A stretch of DNA of 64,000 nt. Origin: Lama glama (Eukaryota). The position numbers and the translations under genes are program-made. Location of the stretch: the NCBI GenBank assembly GCA_028534125.1, contig CM052816.1, positions 74,836,001-74,900,000 of the forward strand, in the 5' to 3' direction. A model generated the notes under the pieces. That model was not told the origin of the DNA, made no database searches, and saw nothing but the letters and a program-made list of their open reading frames with translations. Positions 25,095 to 37,665 of this stretch are shown here, in pieces (the stretch's first letter is position 1; each line of letters opens with the position of its first letter).

Positions 25095-26665
25095 TATTTT
25101 TGCTACTTTTATTTCTAGAGCAGTTTTAGATTTAGAGAAAAACTGCTCAGAATGTACAGAGTCTCCGTTTATCTTTTGCCACCTCCCTACAATAGTTTCT
25201 CCCATCATTAGTAGGTTTGTATAAGTGTGGTGCATTTATTACAATTTGAGCTGATATTGATATATTACTAATAATCAAAGTTAATAGCTTTCTTTAGTGT
25301 TCCCTCTGTGTTCAGTGAGTTTTGACAGATGCAAAATGTCATGTATGCATCATTACAGCATCATACAGAATAGTTTCACTGCCCTAAAAATGCCCTGTGC
25401 TTCACCTATTCATCCCTCCCTTCCTCCCTCCCCCTGAACCCCTGACCACTACTGATCTTTCTCTATACTTTTTTCAGAATGTCATACAGTTAGAATCAGT
25501 TTGGGTCTTTTGCAGACTGACTTCTTTTATTTAGTGATATGTATTTAAGGATCCTCTATGTCTTTTCATAGCTTATTTTCATTTCTTTTTATCACTGAAT
25601 AGTGCTCCGTCAAATGGTTATACTACAGTTAGTTTATTCATTAACTTATGAAGGATTTCTTGGTTGCTTCTTGGTTTTTGGAAATTATGACTAACACTGC
25701 TATAAATATTTGTGTGGAGATTTCTGTGTCAGCATAAGTTTTCAACTCATTTGGGCAAATGCCAAGGAGTATGATTGCTGGATCATATGGTAGGCTTATG
25801 TTTAGCTTTGTGAAAAAAAAAAACAAAAAAAAAAACCAACCCAAAACTGCCAAACTGTCTTCCAAAGTGCTGTATCATTTTGCATTCCCATCAACAATGA
25901 ATGAGCATTCTTGTTCCACATCCTCACCAGCATTTGGTGGTATCATGTTTGGGGTTTTTGCCATTCTAATAGGTGTGTAGTAGTAACTCATTGATCTCAT
26001 TGTTCTAATTTTTAATTACCTAATTACAGATGACTTTGATCATCCCTTCAAATTCCTATTTGCCATCTGTGTATCTTTTTGATGAGGGATCTGTTCAGAT
26101 CTTTTGCCCATTTGGTAATTGGATTATTTGTTTTCTTATTGTTTAGTTTCAAGAGTTCTTTGTATATTTTTGATGCCAGTCTTTTAACAAATATGTGGTT
26201 TGCAAATATTTTCTTCTAGTCTGTGGCCTGTCTTAGTCCTCACTTGACAGTGTCTTTCACAAAGAAGAAATTTTTAACTTTAATAATGTCCAACTTGTCG
26301 ATCTTTTCTTTCATTGATAGTACTCTTGATGTTGTAACTAAGAAGCCATTCCCAAATCCAAGATCACCTAGGTTTTCCCCTATTTTATCTTCCAATATGC
26401 TAATATTGTTTAGCATTTTAAATTTAAGTCTATGATCCACTTCGAGTTAATTTTTGTGAAAGGTGTAAAATCTGTGTCTAGATTCACTTTTTGCATGTGG
26501 TTGTCAAGTTTTTCTGGCACCACTGATTGAAAAGATTATCTTTTCTCCATTATATTGCCTTTGTTCCTTTGTCAAAGATCAGCTGACTATATTTGTGTGA
26601 ATGTACCTCTGGATTCTCTACTCTGTTCCTTTGATCCATTTTTCTATTCTTTCACCAATAAAAGC
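25095..26665 (-). mobile_element. L1MC/MD ORF2 end plus 3'UTR
   Basis: Minus ORFs LEDKIGENLGDLGFGNGFL...KEKIDKLDIIKVKNF and LPYDPAIILLGICPNELKTY are L1 ORF2. Confidence 0.9.
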
Positions 26666-29549
26666 AATAACTCTCTTAACTAGAATTTTAGAATAATATG
26701 AAAAGAAGTTATAATGTCCTTTGCTGCAGAATATAGGAATACCTTTGTTATATTGAACAGAAACTTTATTTCTTTGCATGTTGATTATTCTTCCCACATA
26801 GCATTTTAAGTATTGCAGAAGGCAATTGGTTCTGTTCCATGTTGGTCCCTAGGAGAACTTCTGGGTATCTCTTCCATTTTCCTCTTTCTATATCCAGGGG
26901 GAATAGGCTGTGATTGGCTTGGATTAAAGACAGTTCATTGGTCATTGAGTGGCTTGAGTTAAAGGCCAAGTTAAAAATAGAGAATTCAAAAGTGTGGGAT
27001 CTCAGTTGAATTCCCTTTTCCACTAATACTGAGATACTTTCTCTTCTCACACTTGTCTAAGGCAGACAGAATGGAAGTCATTCTCATGCTCCTCTATACC
27101 ACTCATGCATTTGGACAAATTCTCTTAGTCTCTTGTACTCTTTTCTATTCTTTAAGATCTTCCAAGAGTGGAAACATCAGACTTTACTTAGAGGTTAAAT
27201 AGGCTAAGCAGGAATCTCTGCCACTTCATTCAAATCAGTTGAGGCCAGCCAAGATTAGATAAAGCATTTCTCCACAAAAATTAGCACAGCTCTCCAGGGC
27301 TCTTCATTGGCATTTGGAACCAAGGTCACTGCTGGCAATAAAGTGTAATATTTTTCTTGCTTTGTTTTCTGAGTGATGACCTTGAAGTGAGGCATTGGTA
27401 GTTGAAAGAATAATTCAACAATTTCTGGGATTCTTGAACAAATTTTATAGTATCTTCTAAATTGCATACTAACAAGTCTAACTGCTAATGTGATCAGAGC
27501 TCTCTATTTTGATACAGCTTAAGCTTGAAATTAAAACTTTGTCAGCTTCGTCAATATTAGATTCTCCATAAACTAAAATGAAGAGATTTACTTCATTTAC
27601 TACAGATTACTTTTGATGGTTTGGATAAATATCCAAATTGATAGTAATCAATAGATCAATAGATAATCAAGGTTCTGCATGTGAGTTTGCCTATTTCAGA
27701 ACACCCTATTACATCAGCTACTATGGATACAATTTCTTAAATGGCCACCTATTAAATGTTTGGCTCCCTTTTCTTCTGTAAAAAAGCAAACACTTCAGGT
27801 TACACATTGATTCTCTTTTGCTTTAGTCATCCACTTATTAAACATTCCTGAACATTTTTTATACACCAGGAAACATATTAAGTGATGAGGGAAAACAGAT
27901 GAGTGAGAGGTAGTCCATTTCACAAAAGAATTTACAGCCTTGTGAGAAGATTACCTTCTAACACAATGCTAAAGAAGATTTGTTTATGTGTCTTCAATAT
28001 GTAAAACATATGAACCTTAATTGCTAAGCATGGTCCATTTTATCTACAATTAAGAAGGTTAATCAAACATACCTAATGTGGCTTATAGTCTCCCCTGGTT
28101 TCAAAATATAAACCTTCAAAATAAATCTTCAAAAACAGAAAACTAGTTGTTCTCTATTTACATAACTACTTCATGGCCAGCTACGTAATCTTAGGTCTTT
28201 TCTGAGATTGATGCTGTTAGTGAAGGGCCATGTCCCTAGGTCAACTGGAATTTGGTAAAAGTTGAACTTACCTGGGTGTAGAAAGAAACAAGTTCTGATG
28301 AAAGCAGGAGGAATTCATGAATGTGCATGGTATTAAGGAAGCCAATAATTATATGCCTCACTTGATTAATTTCTAAGCCCTTACATTAACTTAATGGCTT
28401 TCCTCCCAATTAACACCAGCCTGATGGGGCTGTCCCCCAATCAACAACTTAAATACCTAAAAGGAGAAAGGTCTCTATGTCTTTAACGTAGTCATAATTC
28501 ACAAAATGCAAGACAGCACTGAAGTCAAAGAAAAGAAAGTATTCCCTGAAGACATAAATTATTCTAATGAAAGAAGGGAGAAGAAAAATATTAAAATAAA
28601 TCCCTCCAAGAATGCTGTTGTTGCTATAATAACGTAAATTAGAAAATTTGGAATCTAACATCCAAGAGGTTAATACATGGAATATTTTATATTGTTTGCA
28701 TCCATAAGAGTACAGTTAGGCTCTATGTCTGCTGCTTGCTTTAAAGAACTCTTTACTCACATTTGACCAAAAATATGCAAATCACCTTTGACCAAAAATG
28801 TGCAAATCAGTTTAACTAATTCTAAATCCAAGAGGAAATGACATGAAATTATTTGCATAGAAGAGCCAGGAAAGTGCAGACAATGATAAGAGCCAAGGAA
28901 AAAATATTGACAATGATTTAAAAGTAGGAATGAGTAGCAGTAAATGGAAGAAACATCTCTCAAGGGATGAACTATGTGGACACCCAACACTCCTGTGCAG
29001 CTGCTCTGGTCTCTTTTCAAAAGTTGAGCCAAGAAAGTAACTCAGGGAGCTATTCTTGACTTTTAATGGAGAATACAACCCTGGCAATTTACAGGGATGC
29101 TCAATGTTGGTTAGCATTGCTGGAGAATTTCAAATAAGGTAGAGCCTGCCTGAAAACTCCAGATGATAAAATTGGCACTTATGTTTCCACATCAGAAGTA
29201 TGCTCTACATAAAATGAAAACATACATGATTTGTTTTTATGTTCATCTTTATATAATTCATAATTTTTTATTTTAAGCCTTTTGCACAGCTACTAAATTA
29301 TTTTATCTTGACAGGTATATATGGGCAATTTATCATCTGAATTTTTAATTTTTTATTTAAAATATGAGTCTAGTTTGTAAGTAGAAAGAGACTCCATTTA
29401 TTGAGTGTTTACTATTGGCAGATCCTGTAATATACATAGAAGATGAGGCAAAATGTAGGACTTCTGGGCCTTTGAAGTGTTTGGGGAAAGAGACAGTATG
29501 GCAATGTAATAGATTCAGAGCTGAGTCTCATTAAGAATATTTATCTTCT

Positions 29550-29992
29550 TGTGGAATACATACAGACAATAGAATACTCCTCAGTCATAAAAAAGAATGA
29601 AATTTTGCCATTTGTAACAACATGGATGGACCTGGAAGGTATTATGCTTAATGAAATAAGTCAGACAGAGGAAGACAAATACTATATGTTATCATCTATG
29701 TGGAGTCTAAAAATAGAACAAATTAATATAACTAAACAAAAACAGACTCACAGATACAGAGAACAAACTAGTGGTTACCAGTGGCGAAGGGGTATGGAAT
29801 TAAGAAGTACAAACTACTGTGCTACAAGGATATATTGTACAGCACAAGTAATATACCCACTATTTTACAATAATTTAAATGGAGTATAATCTATTAAAAA
29901 TATTTGAATTGCTATGTTGTACACATGAAACGAATATAACCTTGTAAATCAACTATACCTCAATAAAAAATAAATTTTAAAAATTAAATAAA
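29550..29992 (+). mobile_element. L1 ORF2 terminus plus 3'UTR and A tail
   Basis: ORF IKKNEILPFVTTWMDLEGIMLNEISQ; AACTATACCTCAATAAAAAA. Confidence 0.9.
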
Positions 29993-30314
29993 TTGCTAAA
30001 AAAATGCTATCAAAAAATTTATCTTCTCCCTTCTCCCTAAAGACAGATAACAAGGGACCCCCATGGGTGGAATGAATAAAAAGGTGAATGCATAAATAAA
30101 CAGTGTGGCTATCACATAGGCTCTATTACCCAAACAAAATGTGCATACAGCAAAGGGTTTCAGAAGCCAGCCACACAATACTGAAGCTCCTATATTACAA
30201 ATTCACTCAGGAAATTGTTTTCCCCAAAGTAGCCTAGTTATTCTCTAACTAGGTGTATCATTTTTTCCTTTTTCTTTGCTTCCTTAAAAGAACAGTTGCT
30301 TTGGTGAACTTTTC

Positions 30315-30500
30315 TTGAGTTCAAGCTCTGGCTCCACCATTTACTACCTGTGTAAGTTGCTTAACTTCTACCTATTTTCTTGCATTTGACAGATAACGAT
30401 AATAACACTGCCTGGCTGTGTTGTGAGTCTTAAACATTGTTCTAGACACTTACTTTAACACACAGGTGACACTCAATAAGTGCCTATTATTGCCTTCTAC
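30315..30500. mobile_element. MIR SINE
   Basis: GAGTTCAAGCTCTGGCTCCACCATTTACTACCTGTG...CACTCAATAAGTG. Confidence 0.7.
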
Positions 30501-31822
30501 TGTATTATAATTATTGAACTTATCAACAGCTTATCATTTCCCCCTGTACAAATCTTCTCAAATAATTTTTATTTAATTTCAACCATCTTCCTTTTTATAA
30601 AATAAAAGAATATTTGAACTGAAAAATATTTTAAGAGATTATCTCCTCCAACCTTCAGTGGTTTTATATGGTTTTATACTCTTTAGCGGGGTTTAAATAT
30701 AGATAAGGAAGCAGGCCCAGAGTGGTGATGTGAACTGTTCAAGGTCACATTGTTATTGAGAGGTAGAGTTTTAGAGCCAGATCATAGGTCTAGCCAATGT
30801 TTATTCCCATATTCCTTTGTGCCTCCCTATAGATGTTTTTCTAACTCAGAAAAGATTAGAAACAACTGAGCCTTTTACAATACTCTTTCTTACTGAAATC
30901 TTTCTCTTTGTATTAAAGCAATGACAAATTAGACCTTGAGAATTTGAGCTTGAGATCTTTGCACTATATTTTATTTGTGTTAGAGACTGTGTGATGCTGG
31001 TTCAGGAGCCATTTTCAGACTCCAGAGGTAGCATTGCTGAGTTGGAATCACAGTGTTTCTTTTTCACAGGGGTAGAATCTGGAACTCCAAATATTCTCTC
31101 TTCCCTTTGATACCTGTTTGTGTTTGGTTTTGTTTTGATCTCTAAGAAGTCATTTCATGAGGAGAACTCTGCCTCAAAAGGTAATAAAGAAACTGAACTT
31201 TTAAAATTTTACCAGGGTGGGAAGACACCCCCAAATCAAATGCTTATCCAAGTCCATCAAATTGCTAATTCTTTTAACCAGTGTAGGGTGGTGAGGCAAC
31301 CATTTATTAACCAGGGATTTTGTATTCAGAACAGCAATGTATTCATCTAACAGAAATAAAGGGATATATTATCAAACACTGTTCTAATGTTGTGGACAAC
31401 AATAGAAGATTCTGTTTTGTCTTGGATTCAAGAGAGTTTATATGCTGACATGCCAGAAGTGACATGCCAGAAGTATCTTATCAGTAGCTAGCCTTAGCTA
31501 TTACTTTTTAATGATGTGACTCCCCCAAGGAAAAGAAGGAGCAAAATACAAGGGTATGATGAAGTTCCCGGGGAGCAAAACCTCCAGTGAAAGTATGAAA
31601 ACGAAATCATTTAGGATTTCATAGTATAATTACCAAGTGTTCTGTCTAGACTGGTGAACAACATAGAATGACCTGGGTTTCAGAAGGGCACTTCAGAATT
31701 CATTATCAGTCATATGCTAAATAAAACTTCATTGAAGATCTACTATATTTCAGAAGCTAATTTAAAATTCTGGGGGTGAAACTCTCAAACATAGTCATAC
31801 ACATGCCCCAACTCTCTTCAAT

Positions 31823-31850
31823 ACACACACACACACACACACACACACAC
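31823..31850. repeat. (CA)n microsatellite
   Basis: About 14 CA units. Confidence 0.95.
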
Positions 31851-31877
31851 TTTTTTTTCATCTTCTTCTGTATAATA

Positions 31878-31978
31878 TCAATAGACTTGCTCAACTCAAG
31901 GTTGCCACAAACTTTCAATTTGTAAAAACTGCAATATCCTAGAAGCACAATAAAGTGAAGAACAATAAAATGAGTTAG
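31878..31978 (+). mobile_element. Tigger1 3' terminal fragment
   Basis: ATAGACTTGCTC...GGTTGCCACAAACTTTCAATTTGTAAAAAC...GAAGCACAATAAAGTGAAG matches the recalled Tigger1 end. Confidence 0.75.
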
Positions 31979-31989
31979 TCTAGTGATTG

Positions 31990-34267
31990 TACACTAGAAA
32001 GGGAGGAATACCAGAACTTTAGAAATCTGTTGAATACAGCATTTGCTTTGACACTGATACCTAAGGATTCAAGGAATTTTCATGGCCCGCACTGGAGTAA
32101 GGGTATATGGTACTCAGATAATAAATAAAGCTCTTGCCCAGGTCCATTCCACAAGGTATCCACAAGACTGATGGGCCCACTTGGTATTATTTTTCTAGTT
32201 TCTCAACATATAATCAGAATGTGTATCCTTAGCAACTGACAGAATCCCCACTTGGTGCCCTACACTGTGGAGTGAGCATTTGTAGTGGGAAAGAACAAAG
32301 TGCAAGGTGATGATCCCCATCATTTCCCATTTAATTCACTAATGTGACCCCTGCAGAAATTACATGAATCAAAACATATGACAGAGGACTACAAGAGCTT
32401 AACCAAGAATAGCCCCATTTGCAGTTTTTTGCCAGAACAAATTAATACTAATTATAGCATATAATATGTGCCTGTTTATCTGCAAAAGCATTATTTTCCA
32501 TACCCACAGAAAGGAGGATCAGAAGCAGGTTCTATTTATACCTGATAGTGAATAAAAAGCTGGAGCTTCATTCACAGGTGAATTGGCTCAGTACGTGGGT
32601 GCAAGCTAAAAATGAACTGCTACTGAACCACAGTCCGCTCTGGGATGGCCCGGAAAGACAATGATGAGTGGAAATCCTCCACTAGGAGGAACCTAGAACA
32701 GTGCATCTGGTCATCCACTTTGAGAATCTCAAAGAAGTAATATATAGTAAGGGTAAAAATTGACTCAGTGATAAATGGCTTCTCTGGTTAGTTAGAGGCC
32801 TGGAAGGAGCAGGATTAGATTAGGGACAAGGAGGTCTGAAGAAGAAGCATTTGGATGGAGCTGCAGGAGTGAGTACCACATATAATGATCTTTGCATCAT
32901 AAATCTGTGCTCACAGAGCGCATCCACTGTGGAAGAGGAACTAAGTAACAAATCTGACGGGATGACTTGACCAGTAGATGGCAACCAGTATATGTTGTTG
33001 GCCAACTTAATGCTCATGCACTGAGCTCTAGAACAGAGAAGCAATGGTGGCAGAGATGAAGGCTACGTGATGGCCCAAACAGCATGAGTTCCCTCTCACA
33101 AAGATTGATCAACTGCTGCCGCCATTGAATGTCCAATATGCCAGCAACAGGTAACACTGAGAATATAGTATCATCCTTTAGAGAGACCATTCAGTTATTT
33201 GGTGGCAAGTTGACTACCCTGAACCTGTTCTGCATTACGGGGGGCAATATTTCACCCAGACTGTCAATCAACCCTCAGTCCCTGCCCACACTGCCCAGCT
33301 AGCATCACTCTAAGGGTTCAGAGTGTTATCTAAGACTCCAAATCCCACATAACATTGCTTGGGACCAGGAGACAAACTTTATGCTATGGTGTCATGTAGT
33401 CATGGGATCTATTCATTGATCCCACCAAATACTGGATAATCCAGAAGCTGCTGATCTGATAGAGTGGTAAAAAGTCTTCTTCAGGGCACAACTGAAACTC
33501 CACCCAGAAGAAAACATTTTATAGGGATGGAGAGTTCTTCTTCAGAATGTAGTATATACCTTAAACTAATGGACATTAGTAGTGCTGTGTTCCCAGTAAG
33601 AAGGATGCAAGGTCTGGGAAAAAAAGAGGTAGGAGTAGGAATGGGCCCACTTATCATCACTCCCAGTCACCCACTCTGGGAATTTGTTTCCCTACTCCTG
33701 TAACCTTAGGCTCTGTGAGTCCTGGTTCTTAGAGAGTGCATGCTTCCACCAGGAGATACAGGGAGAGTCCCCATAAACTTAAAGCTATGACTAACTCCTG
33801 ATCACTTTAGGCTCCTCAAGCCAACCATCAGACAAAGAGCAGTTACCATATTGGCAGGGGTTAATTGACCCTGTTGATCATGAGGAAATAAGCTGCTGGT
33901 AGCTAATGTAAGTAGGGTGTCTTGCTGGACTGTCTCTTTGATTTCCATGACCAATTTTACTATAACAAGCAAGTCTAATAACCATGGGCTGATAAAACCA
34001 TGGTAACTGGAGTCTCAGATGCCACAAGTCAAGTCACCTAGTCCAACAGAGGTGCTGGCCTAGAGAGAAGGAAGTCTAGAATACATGGTAGAGGAGGCAG
34101 ATAATGGGTATCTTGGGACCAACTGCACCAGTGGGAACTGTAGTTTGTGTAAATAATCTTCTTCTTGTAAGCGTTCCCAGAAAATTCAGAACCCTGAAAA
34201 AGCAGTGTCTGGAAGGAGTAAGCTTAATTTGAGAGGAAAGTGGGTCTGAATATTGCAAGGCAGGCAT
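31990..34267 (+). mobile_element. ERVL-class internal region (ERV3-16A3-like), deleted and degenerate pol
   Basis: Decayed RT motif FNSLM*PLQK...MTEDYKSL (about 32330), integrase zinc finger CPICQQ (about 33130) and WWQVDY (about 33200), PPGDTGRVPINLKL (about 33750); many stops. Confidence 0.8.
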
Positions 34268-34640
34268 TATAGTGGACTTCATGTTTGCTCTGCCCAGATC
34301 CACTTTACTGGCTTGGAACAACCATCCTCAGCTCTCACACCTTTGCAGCCATTAGCAGTTCACAGCTATTTCCCTTCTCCTAGTGGAAGCCACTATAATA
34401 ACTCCAGGGATAGCAACCCATGCTGACAATGGACAAACTGTGGTGAAATTCATGCTCCATAAATTCCAGTGAACCAAATGGGTTCCAGCTGGTCTCCAGC
34501 TGAGACCACATCCTTACTTAGCTCCTCCTCTTGCCCTATCTTTCTCTCACTCCCTCTCTTCTCTTGAAATCATTTCCTCAATAAATCATTGCAAGAATCC
34601 CAGTCCCTGGCTCTGCTTATAGGAAACTCCGTCTAAGACA
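34268..34640 (+). mobile_element. LTR16-like 3' LTR of the ERVL element
   Basis: CAGCTGAGACCACATCCTT, CCTCAATAAATCA and terminal CTCTGCTT...CTAAGACA, directly following the internal region. Confidence 0.8.
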
Positions 34641-35759
34641 GAGAATGAGTGGATCATTTGGCAGACATTCCTCTCTCAGCCACAGATGCCTTTGAAAGGG
34701 AAACATTTCTTCCAGACTCCTGCTGTTGACCAAAATCAATTTTATTTTAATACTAATTAAATATGCTTAGATGTAAAGGTACTTGTAGATTCCTTATGTG
34801 ATTGGAACTAATAAAACTATAAAAGCAAAACAAACTTGCAAATTAAAGCCAAAGGAAAAATAAAATTTAAATTTACGACATTAACATACTGTGACAGATT
34901 TATTTTTTTCCCAAAGCTATATTGCTGATGTTGGATTTAAAAACACAAAGATGTAGCCCTAAACCCAGTTCTATATTTAGTCTGTTCCTGTATTTTATCC
35001 TCATTTACAATACAAATTTAGAACATGCTGTTGTTACTGTTTAAATATGTTCTACAAAGTGCCATTAACAACTTTCAGGCTTTTATGCTAGTTCAGGACA
35101 ATCAGTTCTCATTCTTAATTAAAGCTCAGCTAGCAAATAATCCTCTAGTAACAAGGGTAACAAATTCTCACCTGATAACTTTTTAAAGCTTTCTCTTTCC
35201 CTGGGTAATGATTCAGAATAAAATTGTGCGGGCTGTATTGAGTTTTGCTCATCTGTTCTGCATGCCTCACAGAGATTCAGTGCTCTTACTAGTTTTATCA
35301 GTTTGATCTGCTATGTCATATTCATTCATGGGGTACACCATTACATCATTTGAGATTTCTTTGGTGGGAGGACTATTGGAAACATAAAAGTAAATATGAC
35401 CACTGAAATTAAGAAGCTATACAGAAGGCCCTCGCATAATCCCGAATATGCTTATGTCACATTACAGAATATCTACAAAATAAAAATAAATAGTTAAAAT
35501 TTGTCTTCGAGAATTCATGTACCCCATATACTACCCACTCAGTTTGTATACTTTATTTTGGGAAGCAATACACTTAAAGGATTATGAAATCTTTTCTACT
35601 CTAAAATTATATGAATTTTGCCAATCTCAAAGACTCATAAATGGTGGTGGATCATCTCAGAAACAAAAAATGGCTTAATCAATAGAATATGCTACCTTTG
35701 CATTCCCACTGCAACACACTGACTTCATTTCAACAGTGAGTTAAAACAATTACTGCTTT

Positions 35760-36014
35760 GGTAACCGTAAGTTTGTTTTCTATGTCTGTGAGTCTATTTC
35801 TGTTTTGTAAATACTAACTACTATATATAAAATAGATAAACTACTAGGTTCTATAGGGACTATATTCAATACCTTGTAATAGCCTATAATGAAAAAGAAT
35901 ATGAAAAGGAATATATACATATATGTATAACTGAGTCACTATGTTGTACACCAGAAATTAACACAATATTGTAAACCAACTATACTTTAATTGTAAAAAA
36001 AGTAAAAAATAAAA
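35760..36014 (+). mobile_element. 5'-inverted truncated L1 3'UTR insertion
   Basis: Inverted segment about 35760-35812, sense 3'UTR to an A tail; flanking repeat TACTGCTTT at 35751-35759 and 36015-36023. Confidence 0.85.
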
Positions 36015-37464
36015 TACTGCTTTTCTCTTATAGTAGTGCCCTAGCTTTAGGAGACTTATTCTCAATTGAATTTTAAGGTTTTCTTTTCCTTTCCAAGTAG
36101 TAAAAGTTTATGGATGAAAGTGAATCATAGTTTAAAATGGTAAAACAACATTTCTTTGTTTAAGAAAAATTGCATACTTGGAGGTAATTAAACCTCAATA
36201 GTACCAATTCATATCAATTAGCAAGAAAAAATAATGAAAATATCTTCTCCATCTCAAGTGTCTCTGTAAATGGATAACTTGGATAAAAATAAAGTGTTTG
36301 TTCTAACCTGACATTTGTAAAGGATGGATGTTAATCAAATGCCTCTTTTTAAAATAATTAATTAACTCAGAGAGTAGGAGAGCTGCCATCTAACAGGCAA
36401 TTTCTGTCATCATTACATTAATTGCCTACTTGGGTACATGAAAGTCAATCCAGATAAATAAGAGAATTGTAGAAATGAAATATTTTGGTGTCTTTATATC
36501 TTCTTATAGTAAACCTGTGCACAGCCATGAGGCACTAGATTTTCAATGCCTATGAAAGGTTTTTCTTCATTAAATGATTTCTGCCTCATACATTTGTCTT
36601 TTATGCATTGGCTGTATATAACCTTTTGTTTTGTGATCTCAGGGATAGAACACTTATTAAAAAATAAAACTGTTTTTAGAGATCTTATTTAAAGTTTATG
36701 ACATTTTGAAACTACAATAGGTACTTAGAGTCAATTTTCTTCTCAGAGCTAACTCAAAAACAGCATTACAAGAAGTGATTTAAAGAAAAGAAAAAGATTG
36801 GTCAAAAGCATAAAGGTGCCACACCTAATGTCTGGCTAAATTGGATTGTTGTGATGTGACCCAGGAAAACCTCACAAAATCATTTCAGTTGTTCAGTATC
36901 TTGGGGAAATAAGAGGTTCTAAATTAGAGAATTTTCTAATACAGAGAAACTCAGCTTTTCTGTTATGGTTAAAAACAGAGCGGATTTGTAGTTCTGCAGA
37001 CCTAGGTTCATATCCTATCTTCTCTTCCTTGTGCTATTTGTGTAAGTTTGTCTCCATCATCTATAAAGCCAAGAATAAAATAGTGAGCTCTCCGAGGATG
37101 ACAGAGTGTATAAACAACTTGAAATTTCTGCTTGACACATGAAGAGTTAAAAAGTTTATATGCACTATGCACTTCACTTCCTCATTCCTCTTTTAAATTC
37201 ACTGCATCTGGTTTTCCTCAAGCCCCTTTTTATGTACACCCCCTACCCGCTGCCCTTTCCCCATTCTTGCTCTGACTCTTCCCTGGAATTACTTTCAAAA
37301 GGTGGTACTAAATACTGTTCATATTTTTCAGGCCTTTCCTTACTTGATTTCTCTGCAGCACTGATGTTGGTGACAATTTCCAAGGCAATTCTTTCTTGGT
37401 CTCCACCACACAACGATCTCCTGAGTTTGTTTCTTCTGATTCCTTTGGCTTCTCCAGAGTCATC

Positions 37465-37665
37465 TAGGGTGTTTTCCAACATCTAGGGTGTTTTCCAACA
37501 TCAATAGCCAATTCTCCTGTTCTCCAGACACTGACTGGGCATACAACGAGCCATTCAATTCTGACACTAACTACCCAGAATTAGCATCAGACTCCTTAAT
37601 TTTAAGAGATCAGTCCCACCACAGACACCAATTTTAAGTCCCCAGGCAACCCATATGTCTGACTT
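37465..37665. mobile_element. MER21-like LTR fragment
   Basis: ATTCAATTCTGACACTAACTACCCAGAATTAGCATCAGAC...TCAGTCCCAC. Confidence 0.6.
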
